In this document: positions 49,247-62,275 of the stretch, in pieces | Layout of the letters: every line of letters begins with the position of its first letter | Position numbering within the stretch: the first letter of the stretch is position 1 | Assembly (NCBI GenBank): GCA_001643675.2 | Contig: LSRY02000037.1 | Coordinates: 806,001-870,000, forward strand | Direction of reading: 5' to 3' | DNA length: 64,000 nt | Source: Monocercomonoides exilis PA203 | Taxonomy: Eukaryota; Protista; Preaxostyla | Made by a program: the position numbers and the translations under genes | The notes under the pieces: generated by a model | Seen by the model: the letters and a program-made list of their open reading frames with translations, nothing else | Told to the model about the DNA's origin: nothing | Databases searched by the model: none

Positions 49247-50735
49247 CCATTGGTGCCAAAACCAGGACCTTTCACGAAACGCGGAACTTTTTTTGAAACT
49301 GAATATTGATTATTAATTTCATTTTTTTGGAATTTTTTTTGTGATTCTCCATTGTTAAACAATAAATTAATGAAACTCTGACGTGTTTGTTTTTGAACCG
49401 TTTTAAAACTGATGAAATGATAGAAAAACCATTCTACGATATTGAAAACCAGAATAACATGTTTCTTTGCACATGTTAAACACTTCTGAATAACAATTGA
49501 GATACAGTCAACAGCTAATTGAACAAATGATGAATCGATTTTAATTTCATTATTCATTATTTTCTTCTAACATTTTCTTTTTCAAGAAGTAGTTTTCGCG
49601 AACCTCCTTTTCTTTTAGAGAGATTATTGGAGATATGCATCTTGTTATCACGCCAACATGTCTCACTCTTGAAGCTGTCATACGTTTTGCCTTCCCCTTT
49701 GTTTTGGTGATTGATTCTTCAAATTCTTCTTCTTCAAATGTCCCTTTATTTTTTTTTTCAGAATATCCAGTATTCTTCTTTTTTCTGATTTCTTCATGTC
49801 AGAAATTGAATCTTCTTTATTCACAATTGCTCCTTTCACTTTTTTCATAACGTTCATGCTTGCATCCTCATCATTGTTTGTATCTCTTGCATCTTCCAAT
49901 TGCTTCTTAATTTGTGCAACACTGTTGCATAATTCATCCAACTCTTTTTGAAAGTCCTCAATGTCTTTAAGGCAATTTGCTAGTGATATTGCAGATTTTT
50001 CATTGAAATTCGTTTTTTTATCCATTTTCTATATCTGCAAAAATTTCTCAAACAATTCTGACTGAAGATCCACAGATGACTTTAAAACAATCAACTTTCC
50101 AGAGATTTGTTTTGAAGATTCACTAACTCGTGATAGAACTTCAGCTGCTGTAATAGGCCAAATGCCTGTTTTCAAAAAAGCAGTTCTGATTGTTGTGGGA
50201 TGAATTGCTGCCACAACAGCATCAGGAAGAACTTGTGACAAAACAAACATATTAGAATACAATGAGAAAGGATGTGGAATATGAAGCTGGTTGTTAAGCA
50301 CAGATTTGATCCTGGAAAAAATGCGACTGTCACAAGGTTGTAGAAAAAGAGTCATATTCGGATGGAAAAACTTAATTATAAAATGGGAATTTCAAGCAAC
50401 TGTAATATCTTCGGGGCAAAAATGCGCAACGCGATAATCCATCAGAATTTATGCTTTCAGCAAGCGAGTTGGCTTCATCTTCTCTTTTATTTGAATCAAC
50501 CAATCATTGATAAAAATCGTCTTTAATAAATCGTTTGTGATCCATCCGGAGCTAGCGTAATGATATTTGATGGAAAATGAAGGCAGATTCGAAAACTTGG
50601 CAGGGATCTACCTGTTTGGCCAGAGCAAATAATGACTCAAACATGAGCCATCAGCGCGCACACAGAAATGCAATATTGCATTCGAGAATTTTTGTGGAGC
50701 TGGAGGTGAAGGATGAAGGGTAAGAAATGATTTCA
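49247..50735 (-). mobile_element. Truncated pogo-like transposon remnant related to 35089..37629
   Basis: TA followed by CCATTGGTGCCAAAACC...CGAAAC resembles the first pogo TIR. Minus-strand fragments CVRADGS..YLLWP and MTLFLQPCDSRIFSRIK..VLPDAVVAAIHPTTIRTAF.KTGIWP parallel the first element. No partner TIR found. Confidence 0.75.
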
Positions 50736-50916
50736 GCGACTTTGGAATGGAAAACTTTTAAATGGAAAACAGAAGTTTATTTGTAATTCTATTTCAATAA
50801 AAAATGTATTTATTTAACGAAAAAGGAGAGATAAATAAATTACAAAAATCTCAGAAAAAATAAAAATTTAAGGGAGCAAAACCTTAATAAATATTTCAGA
50901 TTTATTTATTCTTTAA

Positions 50917-51073
50917 ATGCCTTTCAAAACAGACGAAAAAAGACATTTATCGGAGCTTAACGAATTATTTCAAGACGAGTTGAAGACTATGAAGTGGCTT
51001 CAAAACAATAATTACATAAAGTCATCGTTATGCTGCTATAAGTGCAAAAAATACATGAATCTTCAACTTGAAA
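50917..51073 (+). pseudogene. Merlin transposase no. 2, N-terminal fragment (split by hAT insertion)
   Basis: MPFKTDEKRHLSELNELFQDE..MKWL...CYKC parallels the N-terminus of the 33290 transposase and joins in frame to 60194 when the insert is removed. Confidence 0.8.
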
Positions 51074-51336
51074 TAAGCCTGTCTGACCTGACAAGTTTTT
51101 TTCGGGTCAGTGACAAATTGACGGACGAGTCATTTTGACTTGTCATTTTCCATATTATATTCAAATATATTTCCCTTTCAATGAAAAAACAAAATGGAAT
51201 GTTAAATGAAATACATACTATGATTAACTGAATTGAAAAAATTTTTTGACAAATTTTGATCATATTTGTCACACAGTGTCAGTTGCGGATATATAATAGA
51301 TTTAAAAACATAAATCAACTCATTTTTTCGTCTCAA

Positions 51337-54157
51337 TGGCTGTTAATCGTTCGTTATTTATAAAAGAACTTCCCGTAGGACTCCAAAAATCATTAGAGGA
51401 CTTTTCAATCGTGTGCGATAATAGCAATCATGGAACTCTTGACATTATAATTTTTTTATTAAATCGAGAAAAATGCATTCGTAAAAAAAATTGACGAATT
51501 GGATAAAGCGAATTGTAGTTTTGTTCGATTGGAATTAGCCTCCACAGATGAGGATGTTCAATGTTTCAATGATTCGTTTATTTATAAAATAATTACGACT
51601 TTTCTTTTCTTTTATCCATTAAATAAATTCATTGCCACAGGCTTCAAGCATCCAAATAGACCAGAAGAAATCATGTCTCAAATTCATTTAAAAATTCAAA
51701 ATGATCTCTTATGGATTTGCTACTATGAGGTTAAATCAGATTTCAAAACAAAAGCTGATGGGCACAGAATGTTTTTGTGTCCCAACGAAAAGAAGGGATA
51801 TGCATGCGGATGTTCAGGTAGAGAAACTTCAGCTGCAGTCAAACAACACAAATGTGCATTGTTGTCAACAACGTTGGACTTTTGGATCAATAAAAAGCAA
51901 AAAGAAGTACAACAAACCATTATTTCTATTAAAGAGCACAACCAGTCTTTTAAAGACAACAAACAATTGACAGATCAATTTTCAGATTTTGTTTCCAGAT
52001 GCAATATATCGTTCTTGTCAGCGGGTTCATCTGAGTTTAACACATTTGTGAAGAGTTTGATTCAAAAGGCACAGACAAATCCAACTGCTGAACATACAGA
52101 AATATTTCCGTATTTATCAAAGTGGAAAATAAAAAGACTAATAAACGAAAAGAAAACAACAGCAATTCAAGAAAGATCCAGATTAATAAAGGACAAATAC
52201 ATAGCTCTGATGATCGATGGAGGGAAAATCGCAAATTAAAAGTGCACAATCATTTCATTTATTATTCATGCAGAAAAATCAACTCCTGGATTTTGGAGTT
52301 TTCAACAAGCATGTTATTCTTCTGATGATTACAAAAATCTTGCTGAAAGGTGCATTTCGGAGATTGTAAATTGCGGAGGTGAAGTCAGAAGCATTTGCAG
52401 TGACGGCTTAGCAGCTCAAAAAAAAGCGTTTCAAGATTTATCACACGATTCTGATCGTGAAATCGATTTATTGAACTTTTATGTCAAACCTTTTCATGTT
52501 TATTGTTTTAATCATTTAATCAACTTAACAATCACACATTCTTTTCAAGAAGTCCCATTTCTTTAATCAATCAAGGATATAATTATTGAGTTCTCAAAAT
52601 TATCAAGGAGCTCATCAATACAACATATGTTCCCTGCAAAATGCCCAACATTCACACTGACGAGATGGTTGTGCTTGACAGATATTTGCTTGTTCATAAG
52701 GAAAAGCAGAGAAATTATATTGGAATCGAAGCTAATGGATAGTCAGAGTATTATAAATGCAATTAAAGCGGAAATTTTGTTATTCCCTTTAAAAAAGTTG
52801 CATTTATTTTTTGAAGATGACAACAGCAAGCTTGGAAATGTTTTTCCAAAAATTCTAGAGGTAATGTCTTTTTTCAATAACCTTCTTGAATTAAGCCCTT
52901 TTCGTTCCGATCATTGGCATAATGCAATTGTTAACGTTTGGATATATCTGTTCAACTACACTTTGGAAGGCGAAAGAGGGGATCTAATTGCACTCGCTTA
53001 TGCATTAACACCAGAAGGAAAAAATAAACTTATCAGTGATGATTTTTGTTGTATGTTTTTTAATTCAGAAGAAATGAGAAAAGATAGTTTGTTCAAACAT
53101 TTAAATATTCTCATAATTGATAGTTTCTTTTTTCCCCATTTTTGAACTCAATAAACAACATTTCAACTGTTTTCAAGGTCGAGCATCATCATCGTCTGTT
53201 GACTCATCATCACAGAATGAAGAAACGTGTGTTAGCAGGACCTTTGCAGAAGATAAAGAATCAACCGCTTTTCCCTTGTCTGTGAGTAGATTTCAAAAGG
53301 CATTATCAACGATTTTGAGAGATGAATCATCAACCGAGCATGTCCGTCCGAGTTCGAACAAGCAACTAATTGAGGAAAAACAAAATTCCGTAACATCATA
53401 TAAGCATATTCAGAAAGAAATTGAAGATCTCTTGTTAATTGTTTCACAATTTGAAAAGAAAGAGATTTCTTTTTCACATATGCGAGAAGAAGCTATTTTT
53501 TCAGAAAAAGAAAATGCCACAGATTATCTTGGACTCACAGAGGCAGAGGAGCAATCAGAAAATGACGAATATGATGAAATATTAAATGATGAAGCTTCAA
53601 CCCTTGTTGAAACAAGATCTTCTCTTATATCTTCTCAAGAAACGCTCAGTGACGAATCGGATTATCATGCCATAAGCGACTTCAACAAAGATGTTTACCA
53701 TGAAGACGAAGATGATGTGATTTTTGCCGGTACAAATAAAAAACTTAAAGTTATTCACGAAATTACAAAGGGGAAGGAGGATGAAGCTGTCGATTCAATT
53801 AAGATATCAATTGCATCAAATTGGTATTTCAGAATATTTAAATCATTTAATACTATTATCAATAATTCACTGGGGCAGTTAACTGAGGAAACGAGAAAAA
53901 AATTCGCATCGTTATTTAAAACTCACACACTTACTACAACATCAGTTTATTTCCTTGAGAGTTTACAGGTATATTACAGTCATATTGCATCGCTTGGTGA
54001 AGCGGAAACAATTTATGCCAACATTTGTTTTTGCATTGCAACATCTCCTTGTAGCGAATCCGCCTGTGAACGATTTTTTTCAAGACTGAAGCGAATCGTA
54101 GGTGATCATAGACATTCGCTTTCCTTTGATTCGCTAAATTCGTTGCTTCTCTTGTGA
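51337..54157 (+). pseudogene. hAT transposase, intron-containing, with nonsense codons
   Basis: LMIDGG, ICSDG, HVYCFNHLINL (CxxH), TLTRWL and C-terminal SESACERFFSRLK..RHSL (hAT dimerisation motif). In-frame TAA at 52237 and 52564; intron 53051-53177 restores the frame. The 5' start is uncertain. Confidence 0.85.
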
Positions 54158-54399
54158 ATGATATTAACAAATCATTCGTTTTGAAATCAAATAACCATCG
54201 TTTGTTATTTTTCACATCTTTCAAATGATTGAGTTATTTCTCATTTCATTTAATGAAAATCAAAAATTGAATTCCTAGAATAACAACTATTATTTTAGTA
54301 AAACATGAACATCTTATTTGACATGAGAATCATTCAGTAGTATGTGATTATGTGAAAAAAAAACGATGAGATGAATAAAAAATCGGTCTGATCAAATGA

Positions 54400-57300
54400 T
54401 CTTGATTAGTGTTTATGATAGGCAGATAATAAAATATCATTTTATAACGAATGCTGTTCTAAAGCTGGAAAACAAAACTATTGCGCAATGAAAGACATTT
54501 TTAAAAAGAATAAATGGGAAATGCTGCAACATGCGAAGTGGTGGAGATTGTGACATAGGCACCTTTGGCTGCAACGTTGAAGAAAAGGATGTGACTCTGT
54601 TTCCTGAAGCAATTGCACTGACGGTGTTGGAGGAGCAAGAAGAGGCAGAGAAAAAAGAAAGAAAAATGACAAAAAATGTGTCTATCCGACAGAATTCAGG
54701 TTGTTTACGGAAAGAATCAAACTGAATATGGCGTTACTGCAAAAAGAAAAGCTGCAATGGTTGAAGAGGTGCATGACTGGCTGGGCTGAGGTTTGTTAAA
54801 GAGGAAGCAGATATAGCAAAAGCATTAGGCTTGCAGCAAAGAGCAGAAATTGAATTGTGATGTGCTTCGTCAGTAAAAGGAATTCAACAAAAGATTTCAA
54901 GTGCATAAAACAGTTGCACAGAAGCGAGAGACAAGTACGTGAGAACAATTGTTGATGAAATCGCAGAAGTGCCACGAAAATGTGTGAAAATTTTGAAGAT
55001 GGAGATGAATGTTTGATGCTCTGAGAGGATCAAGTGAGATAGGACAGAGATAACGAGAGGGCCTTGGAAATGAAAAAAAGGAAAGAGATATGGGAAGTAC
55101 CTGGAGTTGGTTGTGAAGAAGAAAAAGAGAAGATGAGGGGAACAAATCAGGAGGACACGTGTATTTATTGGAAGAGCTGTGCTGAAGTTGACAACGTTAA
55201 AACTTTCACTTTGAGAAAAGATACAGAAAGAAGGATGGCTTTGAGGATTAAGAAGAAGAAAAAGAAGAAAGAGAAGAAGAAGAAGAAGAAGAGAAAGAGG
55301 AAGAGGAAGAGGAGAGAAAAGGAAGAAAAGGAAGATGAAAAAGATGACAAAGATAAAGATAACGAAGAAGAAGAAGAAGAAGAAGATGATGATGATGATG
55401 AATGTGACAATGAATGCGAGCATAAACGCAAAGAAGAATATGAAGAAGAATAAGAGCCACAACCAGATTCTTGTCCATCCAAAACAGAAATATCAAAAGA
55501 ACCAGTGCTTCTTTCACTGCTCAACTCCTCACTTCCATCCGCTTCTACAATAGAAACTGTGCTCATCTTATTTCCCTTTCCTTTCCCCTCCTCCTCCTTC
55601 TTTTCTCCTTCCATTTCCTCAACTCCCTCTTCTTCTTCTTCTTCTTCTTCTTCTTCTTCTTCTTCTTCTTCTTCTTCTTCTTCTTCTTCTTCTTCTTCTT
55701 CTTCTTCTTCCTCTTCCTCTTCCTCCTCCTCTTCCATCGCCCTAAAACCAATTCGTGTCAGATGCTCATCCGACCACTCAAAACAACAAGAAGAACAGTC
55801 TTCTTTCACATTCACATTCTTCAGCTTGTCAATTCTCGCTGTAATCGCCCACAAATGCTGAAAAACACGACTTTCGCTTTTGTTTGCAGTGGAGGATGAA
55901 TTATCACAATCATCACAATCTGCGTTGTTTTTGATAAATGTGATGAGAATCTGCATCAGACCTTTGTGGCTCTTCGCTGTGGGGTCTGTGCTTTCTTTTT
56001 CTTCTGCTTCCTCTTCTTCAGCATCCATTCGACAGCTTCCTTCATCCATTCCTCCTTCTTCACACTCCTAGCTCTCTTCATCTTCCGCTTCCACTTCCAC
56101 TTCCATTTCCGACTCTCTCTTCTCCTTCCCTTCCTCTCCACCACAACATTCTCACTCCCTGAATCTCTCCCTCTCCCACTCCCTCTCCAGCTCGTAATCC
56201 TCAGCCACAAACAAGTCATCTCCTTTCACCCTCTCCAGCCCTTCCAAATCACCCGACAGTATCCAAATCAGCGCACACGTCTGCTGTTTCGCCCAGCGCT
56301 GCGACAGCTGCAGAGAACGGAATAATTCGCATTCCGCAGATTTTGGGAAGATCCAGCAGCAGACTCCAGAACAGCTCGTGCAAAGTAAGGAAGTCGCTCG
56401 GAAGGTTTATTAAGGGGAAAGCACGGGGCTCACACAATTGCTGTTGATTAGGCAAAGTACTTGAGGAAGAAGAAGAGGAAGAGGAGGAAGAAGATGTGGA
56501 AGAAGAAGATGATGATTAATTACATGGAACTGTCACAATATCCAATCCATAGGCAAAGCCATGCACATTATATGGAAAGTGGAGACATTCGATGTTGTCC
56601 AACACACATCTCAACGAATATTCAGGGCGGCGCACATTACTCAGCAAGTACTGCCGAATCATCTTCGCCTTCAGAATTTGTCGTGTTGAGTGCTCAAAAA
56701 GCGGGTGAAGGCGGTTTGGGCAGAAGACAAGGGCAGTCGAACATTGTTCATTTGGATTCATCGCAATGGGTAAACGTTTTTTCAGTGCTCGTTTAGCTTC
56801 GAGTGATTGCTGCTTGGAGGAACGGGTGAGAAGAGTGACAAACATCGACGTGATGGAAGAGAAGACTGAGACGAGATGGGATGAAGATGATGATGAGGAG
56901 GAGGAAGCAGAATTTGGATCTGATGTAACAATTGACAATGATGACGATGTTGTTATTGATGCTGCTGCTGAAGGCAATGAAGGTAACGATACCTCAGCAA
57001 AAGCAGCTTCTTCCTCTGTTGTTGTTTGAGTGTGAAACTGGCCAATCGATTGAGGGCAGTCCGGACAGGCAAACAGCGCTGCCAGCTCTCCGTCTTGTAG
57101 ATCAGCAGACTCAACAATGAACTCACACACAGCTGTCTCCACGCTCCTTTCGTCAAATCTGCCGTTCGCTTTGATTTTTCTGTGAAGCTCAGAAACAATT
57201 GCAGAGAGCTCAATGTCAGTTAAACGAAGGATGTTTGAAGCAGCTCGTGTTATTGGAGACATTTCGTCATAAGTGCTCAAAAATTCTCTTTCAGGTACAC

Positions 57301-59430
57301 CAAAATTGTCCGCTTGATCAGAAATGGGGCAATAATTTACACTTGCTTCGTATGCAGCATACGCCGATTTCCTTTCAAACTCTGTTTTTTCCTCATCTTC
57401 TGACTGCGAAGCATCGACCGGTTTGATCTCGTTCTGCAGACAACGCACCTTCTCCAGCAGCTGCCCAACCAGCTTCTCGTTCTTCGATGCCTTTCTTTCT
57501 GTGTCGAGTCTTCCATCACACGCAGACGTGTCTATTGCTTCTGTGATTTTTGAGTGTGCTCCTTGGCAAAAGTTGAAATAAGAGAACGTCGCAAAGAAAG
57601 GCGCGATGGTGCTGCGCGTGTGTCACATGTCTTCTTCCAGCAGCAGAAGTTGCTGGCACCTCCGACTTCGCTTTGAGGAAGAAGATGAAGAAGAGGGGAA
57701 AGAAGAAAAAGAAGAGACATGATCAGAAAGCAACTTGTGGGTAATAACGAGGAATATGAGGAAAAATCTCTGGATTGTTCATTCTTTGTGGAGAAGATGA
57801 AAGAGAAAGATCTTGTTTCGTTTGACTCATTCTGAAGTGAAACACAGATGAGGGCATGCTAATGAAAAGGATTGAAGAGCAAGGAGAAGTCAAGTGTGAA
57901 TGGAGGGCTTGACAGTGAAGTTAAAAAATGAACAGGAGAGCCCAATTGAGAAGAAGAAGGAGAAGAAGTATTAAATGCAGAAGAGAATGTTATTTGATCT
58001 GTGAATGAGGCAATTGTTCTGGAGAAATGATTTTGTTTTCTTTTCAAGCTTCAGATCAACAAATTCTGCGCTAATGTCATTTTTATATTTTTGTTATTAT
58101 TTCCAACACAGATGCCAAAGATAAATGAATATGCATTTGTCTTCTTTGATGATGTAATATAACTATTTTTTTATAAATCACAGTCACTTAAGACACTTCT
58201 TAAACTTTGCTTGTATCTCATCCAGTCATTGCTGATAAATTATGACAGTGTCTTCAAACGCCTTCCGTTTTCTTTGAATGGTTCAAAGAAGCCTTTCCTC
58301 TTCATCGATAACTTTCGATTGCAGAACTTCGTAAGAAACGTCATCATACACGAGATTTTTGTTTCTTTTGATGATTTGTCTTCTCTCCTTCGGCGCTTCA
58401 TTCGTTGGGATTACTGCCTTCGGACATGTTTTCGATTCATAGACATTCACGAGGCAGCTCGGTATTAATTCTTTGGTAAAATGCGCATGTTAAATGCAAA
58501 TGGAGTGATGTGATGTTGGAGATGATGGCAGTTGAGAAGAGGCCGATGAAGTTACAGTTGATATGGGCAAAGACAAAGAATAAGTCAAGGCATTCGGTGA
58601 TGAAAGCATAAAACATTTACTGAAAGCTGAATTTGCAAGTTTCTTTCCGTCTGTTATCAGAATGTGCAACATGTTTTCTTCCGCACAGTCTTCATATTGG
58701 ATTGAAGACTATCAAAATCTTTTAATAGTAATAATTGCATGTGCGGATAAAAATCTCGAATATAACTGTCTTTATAAAGGATATTCCCTTTTTTATTACG
58801 AAGTGATGCAAAGAGAAAATATCCATTAGTGACATATTCCCTCGCTGCTGAATAAAATCTGTTTCTGATCGATACAACTTTTTTGACTCTTTATTTGAAC
58901 ATATTCTTTCGGAAATCTTCATTTTGCTCTTGATAATAAAAGTTCAATAGAGGTTAAATAGGCCGAGACTTCAGCAAGAATAAAATATGTGAAAGATGTT
59001 GAAGAAGCACTCTCTATTCATTCGTGTTTTTTTTTTTCATTTTAATCGTTGTTATCCACATCTTTTTGACATAATCCTATTTCAGCAACGGATGTTTCAG
59101 CATTTCTGTTATCTTCTTTGTTTGCTGATTGTTGTTGAACGTTAACAATTGCTGTTGATCGTTTTCTTGATAGCTCCCAAAACTACGTATCCACTCATCT
59201 TGTTTTTTCGCAATCACTGCCGTTTCTCTTTGAAAATTCTTGTGTTCAAAGAATCTGAATGAATTGCATGATCTCTTTCACATCGAATTGCAACATCGAG
59301 AGTTTCTCCCAGAGCTTCTTCAAAAGCGTCAATCAAATAATTTTGAACAACAATTTCATGAATGATGCAACTTTATTAATTCATGATTTTTTGACTTTCA
59401 ATGTTACGTCCAATCAAACGAAATAAATGA
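54400..59430 (-). pseudogene. Decayed host-like gene carried inside the hAT element
   Basis: Chain of minus-strand protein-like ORF fragments (e.g. 56516..57448, 55165..56049) with host-type poly-S/poly-E tracts, many stops and frameshifts. Boundaries approximate; no domain recognised. Confidence 0.5.
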
Positions 59431-60094
59431 AAAAAATTTGCGGTGCAAATAATAATCAAGAACTTTCTCAAACTCTTTTTCTCAATGAATACATTTCAAA
59501 TTTTTGACATTTGATTTTTCTTTTCAAAGACTAATTTGTGCATAAGGAAATGAATAAAATAAAAATGTTATAATTACATTAATGAAAGAAATTATATACA
59601 AAACAAACAAATGATTCACCAAAATTTCACTGCTTGTTTAATAAGTTTGTGGAATGATAAAGAAACACAGTTTTGAAAATCAAAATGTTGTTCACTGCAT
59701 GTTGAAACTACATTGAAAATATATTAAACAAAAAGAGTGGATCACAACAATAAATGAAACTTATTCAGCAAACATTAACAACTGATAATAAAAGAAATGC
59801 ATTAGAAGCTTATCACAAATATGAGAGTTCAATCCTGTCACTTTAATCAAAGAAAATGCAATTTCTCCTCTATTTCTTTAAAACGACAAAATATTACAAT
59901 AAATAAGATTGTGACAATCCATAAAAAAATGCGTTCGAAGGACACAAACATTTTTGCATGATTTTGAGCAACAAGAGATAAGAAGGAATAGCTTGAATTT
60001 GCAGTGAATATATTATAATGGGCCTATTTGGATAAAATAATTTTATGTTATCAAACTTTGACGAGTTATCAATAATTCTCAGAAACTTTACGAT

Positions 60095-60097
<3 letters not shown>

Positions 60098-60138
<41 letters not shown>
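60098..60138. repeat. Poly-T tract (41 nt) just inside the hAT right end
   Basis: Direct read. Confidence 0.9.
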
Positions 60139-60140
<2 letters not shown>

Positions 60141-60193
60141 GTGACGGACGAGTCAATAAATGATTTGTCAGGTCAGATAGGCTTAACTTGAAA

Positions 60194-60951
60194 AAGGAAA
60201 TTTCTTCAATTTAAGATGCAAACACTGCAAAAAATCATTGAGGAGTCATACCATTTTTGAAAAAATAAAGTTATTTCTGAGAAAAATATGCATTATTGCA
60301 CTTTATTTTTTGTTGCATTTGGAGCAGCTGCAAGCTGCAATTTTGGCGTCAGTCAGTATTTCCACAATTTCAAAGCTTTTCACTTTATTTCGGAAAGCCA
60401 TCGTTTTTCATCAACAACATCCTTTCAAAATAAGAGGAGAAAATAAAACTGTCGAAATAGATGAGGCAGCTTTTTACAGAAGAAAATTCAAAGTTGGGAG
60501 AAGGATATAATTGTTATGGATTGTTGGTGGTGTTGAAAGGCCTGTTGCAACAAAAGGAAGGAGCAATATGTTTTTATCAATTGTACAGAATCGCACAAAA
60601 CCAGTTTGACAATCACTTATTGAATCAAAAGTTAAAAAGAACACAATAATAAACACTGATTGTTGGAAAGCATACAGTTCATTGGACACTCTTGGATTTA
60701 CTCATCAAACAGTTAATCATAAAAAACATTTTGTGGACCCATTAACAAAGTGTCATCCTAACAGAATTGAAGGAGCTTGGTCACTTTTGAGGCATTTTCT
60801 GCCTCGACATGGAGTCAAAAGGAAGAATTTGTCCAATTATTTTCAAAAGTTCACTTATCGAAGAAATCCAGAAAAGAATTTTGATGATTTTTTTGAGATT
60901 TTTGTAAAGTCTACGAACGATGATGTTACCGTAATCGAGGATGATGAATAA
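60194..60951 (+). pseudogene. Merlin transposase no. 2, C-terminal fragment
   Basis: RCKHC, KTVEIDE, WIVGGVER, VQNRT, NTDCWKAY, HQTVNHKKHFVDP and NRIEGAW lie in one frame, with stops at 60508 (TAA) and 60607 (TGA). Confidence 0.88.
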
Positions 60952-62275
60952 ATCTGGTATGTGATGCAAATCTCAGAATTTCATTGTTTCATATTTTGAA
61001 AATTGAGAATGTGGAATTGAGAATTGTTAATAATAAAGTTTTTTCTTTCATTTTTGAAACAAACATTCACATTATATTTTTGATTTTTCTATGAGGAAAG
61101 AAAACAAGTGCTATATATCCGTAAAGAATTTTTTACAAAGTTCATCGTCAGTGAGTTTGTTATCAATTTGAAATTCTTAAAAACACATTTATTTATTGAT
61201 ATGAAAAGGATAAAAATTTATTATTTTTCATTTTCTTAAAGTCGATAAAATAGATTAACAATAAATCAAACAAGCGCAGAGGAAATAATTAGCATGTTCG
61301 AAATAATAGTTCAAGCTTTTATTCAATGAAGAATTTATATCGCGCAATATTATTTAAAACCATGAAACGATTATTCATTGATGGAATGCTTTGTATGATA
61401 ACAGCTGCAATCAAGTTTTTAATGAATATTATTCATTCAATATTTGTTTCAAATTATAAACTCATATTAATTACTGTCAATATTGAAAAAGATAAAGAAC
61501 AAAATATTTCAAATACCAAAGGAAATATATAGAAGACCTGACTATATAGGATATTAATAAACTGACCAACAGTAATTTAAAAATAGAAAATCAGCTATTA
61601 TTTTTCAGATTTCACATCAGTTTCATATTTTTCTTCTGTCGAATCCGTTTTCAGATATGTTCATGGAAAAACGCGAAAATCTGAAATTTCTGTTGTGTCA
61701 TCATTGCAATGTTTTAAATAGGTGCAATCTTATTTTGCAATATAAATATGGAACAAATATTAGGAATCAAAAACGCTTTGTTATTTTTTTGAATATGAAA
61801 GCAGCACAAATATTCTGAACGTTGACAAATAAATTCAGGAGATATGCAGTTTTCTGCAGAAGAACGTGATTTCATAAAAATAAGTTCAAATACAAAAACG
61901 TTATTAACTAAGTTTGCTATTTTCATAATTCTAAATTGTGTATTCACAGTTATAGTTAACTTTGAACGGTTTTGTTCCAGAAAAACGAGAGAAGGAAGAC
62001 ATGAAAAATCAAAGAACAACAGAAAAAGCGCCGAAATCATTTCTAACCTTCAAAATTTTTCATTGATATGTTATCTGAAAATCCACTTTCAGTTGATTCA
62101 TAATATCTTTGTTGTTATAATATAAACTCAGATAAATCATATTTTATTGAATAAGTGAGACCAACGAAATTAATTGCTTCAATGATTTTTAGAATTTGAA
62201 TTTGTAACACTGTTCTTTTTTCCAATAGGAATACTAACGAATGATGTTAATTACCCTTCCATCAATAAAAATATA

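Larger units (their letters stand above)
51074..60185 (+). mobile_element. 9.1 kb hAT-superfamily transposon with internal cargo
   Basis: 21-bp TIRs TAAGCCTRTCTGACCTGACAA (51074-51094 and 60165-60185, 20/21 identical). Perfect 8-bp TSD ACTTGAAA (51066-51073, 60186-60193). Confidence 0.92.

Noticed and set aside
50736-61300. TIRs/TSD for Merlin no. 2
   Set aside because: No convincing inverted pair found by eye, so the element ends are left undefined.
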